Assembly: GCA_046075565.1 (NCBI GenBank)
Contig: JBJTQJ010000110.1
Location: forward strand, 1-51,643
DNA length: 51,643 bases
Direction: 5' to 3'
Source of the DNA: Verrucomicrobiales bacterium
GTDB lineage: Bacteria > Verrucomicrobiota > Verrucomicrobiia > Verrucomicrobiales > SLCJ01
Shown: in pieces, positions 46,208-51,643 of the stretch
Numbering within the stretch: position 1 is the stretch's first letter
Layout of the letters: each line of letters opens with the position of its first letter
Translations under genes and position numbers: made by a program
The notes under the pieces: generated by a model
What the model was told of the DNA's origin: nothing
Seen by the model: only the letters and a program-made list of their open reading frames with translations
Databases searched by the model: none

Positions 46208-48166
46208 TTACTGGTAAAGGCTCTGCCATCGGGTGTGGAATTCCGCATTGCCCGGACCATGTTCCGGCGGTCCTACGCCGGACTCTTTCCACGCGGGAAA
46301 TGGCAGATCGACTCCCGCCTCCACTGTGGACCGATTCCATTTCAGAATTCCAGCTTGCGCCGCCTCACGGAAGTGCTCCCACCGTCCGTGGTCGGATGAA
46401 AACAGCGCGGCCGCGAGACCTTGGCGCACTCCATTGACCAACCCGAGAGCCTCCTTCCAACTGGTGGCGTCCTGAACCACCAGAACAGGTCCAAAGCTTT
46501 CCTCTTGGACGATTTCCGAATCGTGAGCCGCACCGAGGACCAAAGTCGGGGGATGCCAATGGGGAAAATTCGCATCGCCAAGAGGTTTGATTCCAACCTC
46601 GCAATGGGACATGCGGCAGGTTGCCCCGGCGTCCTTGGCTCGCTGCAACAGGGCCGCCACGCGAACAACGGCCGCGTCATTGATCATGGGGCCGACGACC
46701 ACCTCCGGATCGGATATGTCACCCCAGCGCAGGTTCCGCGTCGCATCGACGAGCAGAGCAAGGAAGCGGTCCCGCACGGTGGCGGCGACCACGACTCGGC
46801 GGTTGGCGGTGCAACGCTGACCAGCGTAGCCGAATGCAGCGGAAGCGATCTGCCGTGCGGCATCCTCCAGATCGGCATCCTCCCAAACCAGCGCCGCATT
46901 GTTACCGCCCAGTTCCAATTGCAAGGCAGCTCCAGTGCGAGCTGCAGCAAGTCTCGCCTCGAAACCAGCCTTCTCCCCCCCTGTCAGGGTAATCCCATCG
47001 ATCCCGCGCGAAGCCATCAGCCGCCGGGCCACCACGCTACTACCACCGAGCATCCCCACCAAACCTGGTGGCACTCCGACGGATTGGAGCAGAGCCGCGA
47101 AGCGTTCGGCGATGATCGGCGCGAGGGGCGACGGTTTCCAAACGACGGCGTTCCCGTATGCCAGCGCCGGGGCGAGTTTGCCGACCGGAATCGCGAGTGG
47201 GTTGTTCCAAGGAGTGATCACCGCCACTACCCCCAGCGGGACCCGTCGGCAAAGACCTTCGGGACCATCCACAATTGATGACTCGGTTGATACCCGGCGA
47301 TGCACCGCACGAAGCAACGCGATGGATCGTGTGACTTCGTTACGGGCCATGGTGATCGGCTTCCCGACCTCGGTGCGGATCGACTCGGCCCATGATTCTG
47401 CATCCTGCTCCATGCGTGTGGCCAGTTCCGCGAGAATCCCGAGCCGCCCGGAGACACCCATCGCGTGCCATGCCGATTGTCTCTGCCGCGCGGACGACAC
47501 CACTTGCTTGATTTCTTCACTGGTCTCTACAACCTGCACTGGTGAAGCGGACGGTAGATCCACCTCGATCCAATCGATGAGTTCCCGATTGGTCGCAAAG
47601 CCGATTCCGCGTTCCTCCAGATAATCCCGCGTGGCAAGCGCATGCACCGGGTCGTAGGATGCCACCGCCTCGCTTGCCACGACTAGATTCCGCCAGCCGC
47701 GTTGGTGGAGATCGAGAACGGTGGACCGAACACAAGCGTGGAGATGAACACCACACACCACCACTGGTTCCTCCGGCTGCCCGAGAAGTTCGACAAATGA
47801 GGGATCCTGCAGCCCGCTGTAGCCGGATTTGTGGCAAACATTTTCCCCCTCGACCTCTCCCAATCCTTCAGGGCAGGCATGCCCGGGCTCGCCACGGACA
47901 CACATCCAGCGCCCCTCGCTTCGCCAGTGGGGCATCCGGTTGTCCGGGTCTTGCAGGATCGTGGTTCGCACATGCACCACCGGAGCCCCGAGAGTGCGCC
48001 ATTTGTTCAATAGCTCCCTCGCCGCTTCTTCCACCTGCTCGCGGCAAGGCACCAAGCCGGGGCAGCGAAGGAAATCCTCTTGTAAATCGACGAGCACCAA
48101 ACGGCAACAAGACGAGGTCCGGCCTTGCCCCGTTCCGACTGCCAATCTCGCGGGTTGATCGTGCAT
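46208..48166 (-). CDS. Fusion of isochorismatase-like cysteine hydrolase and aldehyde dehydrogenase
   Basis: N-terminal VDLQEDF / HKSGYSG / HACV triad; C-terminal ITPWNNP, KPS, LELGGNN, AGQRCTA, EESFGPV. Confidence 0.88.
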   Translation of the reverse strand: MHDQPARLAVGTGQGRTSSCCRLVLVDLQEDFLRCPGLVPCREQVEEAARELLNKWRTLGAPVVHVRTTILQDPDNRMPHWRSEGRWMCVRGEPGHACPEGLGEVEGENVCHKSGYSGLQDPSFVELLGQPEEPVVVCGVHLHACVRSTVLDLHQRGWRNLVVASEAVASYDPVHALATRDYLEERGIGFATNRELIDWIEVDLPSASPVQVVETSEEIKQVVSSARQRQSAWHAMGVSGRLGILAELATRMEQDAESWAESIRTEVGKPITMARNEVTRSIALLRAVHRRVSTESSIVDGPEGLCRRVPLGVVAVITPWNNPLAIPVGKLAPALAYGNAVVWKPSPLAPIIAERFAALLQSVGVPPGLVGMLGGSSVVARRLMASRGIDGITLTGGEKAGFEARLAAARTGAALQLELGGNNAALVWEDADLEDAARQIASAAFGYAGQRCTANRRVVVAATVRDRFLALLVDATRNLRWGDISDPEVVVGPMINDAAVVRVAALLQRAKDAGATCRMSHCEVGIKPLGDANFPHWHPPTLVLGAAHDSEIVQEESFGPVLVVQDATSWKEALGLVNGVRQGLAAALFSSDHGRWEHFREAAQAGILKWNRSTVEAGVDLPFPAWKESGVGPPEHGPGNAEFHTRWQSLYQ

Positions 48167-49318
48167 TCAATGGTCGGATGTTGGGAACTTCAGCCCCGAC
48201 AGTTGCCTTCCCACCTCCGCGAACATTTCCGCGGTGGACAGTGCACGGCAACCGGGCTCAAAAATGTCCGGTGTGCGCCATCCTGCGCGCCACACTTCTC
48301 TCACCGCATCAACCAACGCGCGCCCCTCTGCCTCCATGCCGTAGTGATCAGCCAGCATTAATGCCAGCGAGAAAATCTGCCCCGCCGGATTCGCTTCTCC
48401 TTTGCCAACCAGGTCATGCGCGGCACCGTGGTTGGTTTGATACACCGCGGCCCCATTGTGTGAATGGCTTGAGCCGAAGGTCATGCCGCGCGATCCGCAA
48501 AGCAATCCCCCGAGATCCGCCATGATATCGCCAAAGCAATTCGGAGTTGCCAGCACGTCGAATCTCCGTGGATCCTGCACGATGCGATAAGCGGCGTAAT
48601 CGATGTCCTGCACCTCCAGATCGATTCCTTGAATGGCCGCTTCTTCCTCGGCAACATTCATCCACAGCCGGCTTGCGGCCGGAATGCCCGCACGTTTGAC
48701 GACAATACAGAGTCTCCCTTGCCTGGCCGTGGCCGCCAAACATGCGACACGCAACAACTCGCGCACCTGCGCCTCGCTGGTGAAAAAACTGGTTTTAACC
48801 CGCTTTTCTCCTGCATCCCCCGCGCCAGTCTCTTCTTCGGGGTGGTAGAGTCCTCCGAGGTTTTCCCTCACCACCAACAGATCGATGGGGTCTCCCTCCA
48901 AAGCTCGCACCCGCCCGGTGCCGCTAAGCTCCGGATAACCATGGATCGGGTTCATCTTGCAAAAGAGATCAAAGCGCGCCCGCATCTCGTAAACGAATCT
49001 CCCGCCACCCGCCCCGCAGAACAACGCACCTCCCTCTTTGAAAATCCCGTCCGCGAAGGCAACCGCTTCTTCAGTCAAAGGTTTGCCCCAGCGCTTGGAT
49101 GACTCGTCGCCGATTTCCCCACCGAAGCGGAGATCGAAGCGCCGGCCCCCACGCGTCCCGAGAATTTCGAGAAGGGAGATGCAGCCATCGACCAATTCCG
49201 GGCCAATCCCATCCCCTCGGAACACTCCAAGCACGGCCGCCCTGTCCCCATGTAAGGGTGCCCGGGCGGTCGGCTGACCGCAAAAAGAAAATCTGGAAGA
49301 GGGGTCAAAAAATTTCAT
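48167..49318 (-). CDS. Isocitrate/isopropylmalate-family beta-decarboxylating dehydrogenase (divergent)
   Basis: GDGIGPE, VVRENLGGLY, NCFGDIMADL, HGAAHDLVGKGEANP; stop codon directly abuts the ATG of the next gene. Confidence 0.88.
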   Translation of the reverse strand: MKFFDPSSRFSFCGQPTARAPLHGDRAAVLGVFRGDGIGPELVDGCISLLEILGTRGGRRFDLRFGGEIGDESSKRWGKPLTEEAVAFADGIFKEGGALFCGAGGGRFVYEMRARFDLFCKMNPIHGYPELSGTGRVRALEGDPIDLLVVRENLGGLYHPEEETGAGDAGEKRVKTSFFTSEAQVRELLRVACLAATARQGRLCIVVKRAGIPAASRLWMNVAEEEAAIQGIDLEVQDIDYAAYRIVQDPRRFDVLATPNCFGDIMADLGGLLCGSRGMTFGSSHSHNGAAVYQTNHGAAHDLVGKGEANPAGQIFSLALMLADHYGMEAEGRALVDAVREVWRAGWRTPDIFEPGCRALSTAEMFAEVGRQLSGLKFPTSDH

Positions 49319-49670
49319 CTGTTTGTTTGAGGCAACCCGCCACACAATGAATGCCGGCTAATCTGCCGCAGACCCGGCCTCAATGCAACTCCCGGATACC
49401 CGCGGGCCGACATCCTGCGTTGAGACGCCAACATTGAGGAAAGCCCGGGCTTTTGGAAGTGTTTGCCATGGAAGCAGCGCTTAGCTTCCCTTTCCGCCGT
49501 GCCAAGATTTTTCCGGGAGCGGTTGATCTTAGTTTCTCGGCATTTCGCCGCCGTCCCATTGCCATCCGGGGCCTGCGGCGCCAGAGTTTGACGATGCTGT
49601 TCGGGTCCGGATTGGCTGGATTCCGGGGGCGGCGATGGCCTCGGCCGCGGCGGGCGGGTTTCCGCCGGAA

Positions 49671-51065
49671 TCAGGGGTTGCTATACAGTTGTTCAAGAAA
49701 GCGGGCACGGTCTGATGCTTCCCTTGCTTCCTTGAATTTGAGGCGTGATGCAAGGACCAGATTCAGCGCGTTCCAATACTCGATACGCTCCTGATCCAGA
49801 CTGGTAGTGCGCCGCCAATAGTACTCGGCATCCTCCCATTGCTCCGTTTTGTCGAAAAGAAATGCCAGGCTCATGCATGCCATGTGCTTAGGCCACAGTT
49901 CATCGGATTTCTTGAGATGGACGATTGCTTCGTCCGCGCGATTCGCACGCCCGAGTGCTTCACCGAGGCGACAGTGATAGGCTGCCCTTTCCCACGGAGG
50001 GCTGTCATCCCGAAGCTTAAATTGTTCCGCGAGTTCGACCAATTTTTTGGCGCTGCCCTTGCCGAGATCAACCTCCCGCTGCTCAACGATATATTCCTGA
50101 TTCCGCGCATAGGAGCTGTTGGGAAACTTTGTGACCAGCGCTTTCGCAATTTCCCGGCCTTTCGCGAAGTCCTCCTGCATTATAGCGGCTCCGAAGAGTG
50201 ATGCCTCCTCGCTCAGGGCAGCCGGATCCATTTGCAGGTCCTTGGCGGAGAGCGGAGTTTCCAGACGCTTCCCCTGCTTCACAGCCTCCTGAATCGGTTC
50301 CAGCAACACCGCAAGAGGACTGGCTATTCTCAAAGTCTGGCCAGGCATCGGTTGGGATCCGGAGAATGCCGCCACGACTTCCCCGCGCGCATCAAGCAGG
50401 GGCGCGCCTTCCACGAATACCTTCGCGATATCGGGACTGTGGCTGGCCGCAACGCTGAACTGCTTCAGCGGTGGGCGGGGGGGGACCAATTCGCCTATAT
50501 TTGACATTTCCCGATGGGCCACGATGGGGCCCAAGACGGGATTCGGAGCAAAAGACGGGGAAAGCACGGCCAACCATGTGCCGACAGATGTTGGCTCTTT
50601 GGAAATCTTCAGCCATGTGCCCGGCTTGAAAGCGAATTTCACCAAAGCAAGTCCCTGTTCGGGGAATACCGCGAGCACCACAGGTTGCGGGAGCACGGTT
50701 CCTTCCCCGTCTTCCATCATAAACTGAGGACTAACCTTCCAAGACAACGGCTGAAGAGGGCACAAGGCCAGCCCGTCGGCACCGATGAAGAATCCAATCT
50801 TAGGCACCACCTTTCCGCCCACCTCCCGTTCGGTGAAGAACAGCGACCGGCGTTTCGTCTGTGCGACATCGAGCAACCCCGCCGGAGCGGTCTTGGCAGT
50901 CCCGGCCCAAGCTGGCGCTTCCTCCGCACCAGCGGCCGGGATCAGCAAGCCGGTAAAGGAAACCACTGCTGCCAGAAGTGTGTTTCTGCCCCCCCGGGGG
51001 AAACGTTCAGAACCGGATCGGGTGTCCTGGCTGGCAGGAATGTGCTTTATTGTGGTGGCTGTCAT
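49671..51065 (-). CDS. Secreted protein with degenerate trypsin-like domain and C-terminal TPRs
   Basis: Signal-like LLAAVVSFTGLLIPAAGA; IGFFIGADGLAL and GAPLLDARGEVVA trypsin-like blocks; TPR-like AYHCRLGEALGRANRADEAIVHLKKS. Start uncertain. Confidence 0.7.
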   Translation of the reverse strand: MTATTIKHIPASQDTRSGSERFPRGGRNTLLAAVVSFTGLLIPAAGAEEAPAWAGTAKTAPAGLLDVAQTKRRSLFFTEREVGGKVVPKIGFFIGADGLALCPLQPLSWKVSPQFMMEDGEGTVLPQPVVLAVFPEQGLALVKFAFKPGTWLKISKEPTSVGTWLAVLSPSFAPNPVLGPIVAHREMSNIGELVPPRPPLKQFSVAASHSPDIAKVFVEGAPLLDARGEVVAAFSGSQPMPGQTLRIASPLAVLLEPIQEAVKQGKRLETPLSAKDLQMDPAALSEEASLFGAAIMQEDFAKGREIAKALVTKFPNSSYARNQEYIVEQREVDLGKGSAKKLVELAEQFKLRDDSPPWERAAYHCRLGEALGRANRADEAIVHLKKSDELWPKHMACMSLAFLFDKTEQWEDAEYYWRRTTSLDQERIEYWNALNLVLASRLKFKEAREASDRARFLEQLYSNP

Positions 51066-51322
51066 ACGTGCAGAGCCTACAGATCCCATTCCGCCGTGCC
51101 AAGATTTTTATGAAAGCGGCAGATTTCCTTTTTGGTGTTAGCTCTCGGTCCATATGGTCTTCCGGAAATTTCCAAAGAGGCCGAATCAGTCCAGATTGGG
51201 TTCGTCTTCAGCAATCCATACTTCATCGGACTGGCATGGCCGCTTGGTGAACGGGATGGCTTGATTCGCCCACCCACCGGGCGGGATGCCGGAGCAAGAT
51301 TGCCCCCTCCCCCATGCTTCTT

Positions 51323-51478
51323 TCACTCCGGCTCCTGTTGCGGCAGGCAATGGATGGATCCGCCTTGGAGGATGATTTCCAAGCTGTCGAAGCCGATGGC
51401 GCGGCGGCCGGGGAAGGCATCGGCGATGATACAGAGAGCGCGGGCGTCGGGTCCGGGCTGTTGGTAGGTGCGCACGAG
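51323..51478 (-). pseudogene. C-terminal remnant of an agmatine deiminase (PPAD family)
   Basis: Manual translation LVRTYQQPGPDARALCIIADAFPGRRAIGFDSLEIILQGGSIHCLPQQEPE* carries the GGxxHCxxQQxP motif; in-frame TAG at 51491-51493 just upstream. Confidence 0.75.
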
Positions 51479-51643
51479 CCAGAAGCTTCCCTATTGCGGA
51501 ACAAATCAAGAAAGGGTATGCTCACCTGTGGCCTTCCCCCAATACAGAATTCCAGTGCGCAGGCTCAAGGAAGAGTGGGCGGCGCGAATCGCGAGAAAGG
51601 TGATGCGCGCGCGCAGGCCCCAAACGCGTCCGAGCAGGATTCG

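Noticed and set aside
1-51643. Integrase, transposase, rRNA, tRNA or known anti-phage genes
   Set aside because: No supporting motifs found in any ORF or spacer; only REP-like elements and TA remnants.

Overview
GC-rich bacterial chromosome segment, most likely Verrucomicrobiota (inferred from the RpiB-GlyA fusion, a giant PilX-like/Verru_Chthon-A-type protein, a DUF6288-like protein, an S1 sulfatase and long SecA). Housekeeping content: LMW phosphatase, rpiB-glyA, secA, pyrR-pyrB-pyrC, maf, LplT-acyltransferase and a nucleotidyltransferase. Accessory content: two ECF sigma/anti-sigma loci, a decayed AbrB/VapC toxin-antitoxin pair, secreted enzymes (GH78, flavin amine oxidase, sulfatase) and a three-gene mini biosynthetic cluster (beta-decarboxylating dehydrogenase, cysteine hydrolase-aldehyde dehydrogenase fusion, A-T-C NRPS-like protein). 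The best candidate for an undescribed system is 19072-29873: ECF sigma, then an anti-sigma/TM/vWA (YfbK-like) fusion, then a ~2260 aa internally duplicated membrane protein bracketed by inverted REP-like elements. The extracytoplasmic linker of the anti-sigma-vWA protein looks like a shuffled patchwork of short peptides from a secretin and an autotransporter beta-strand repeat, suggesting a bait/decoy sensor for envelope attack or assembly stress. Family assignments come from motif recognition by eye; no searches were run.
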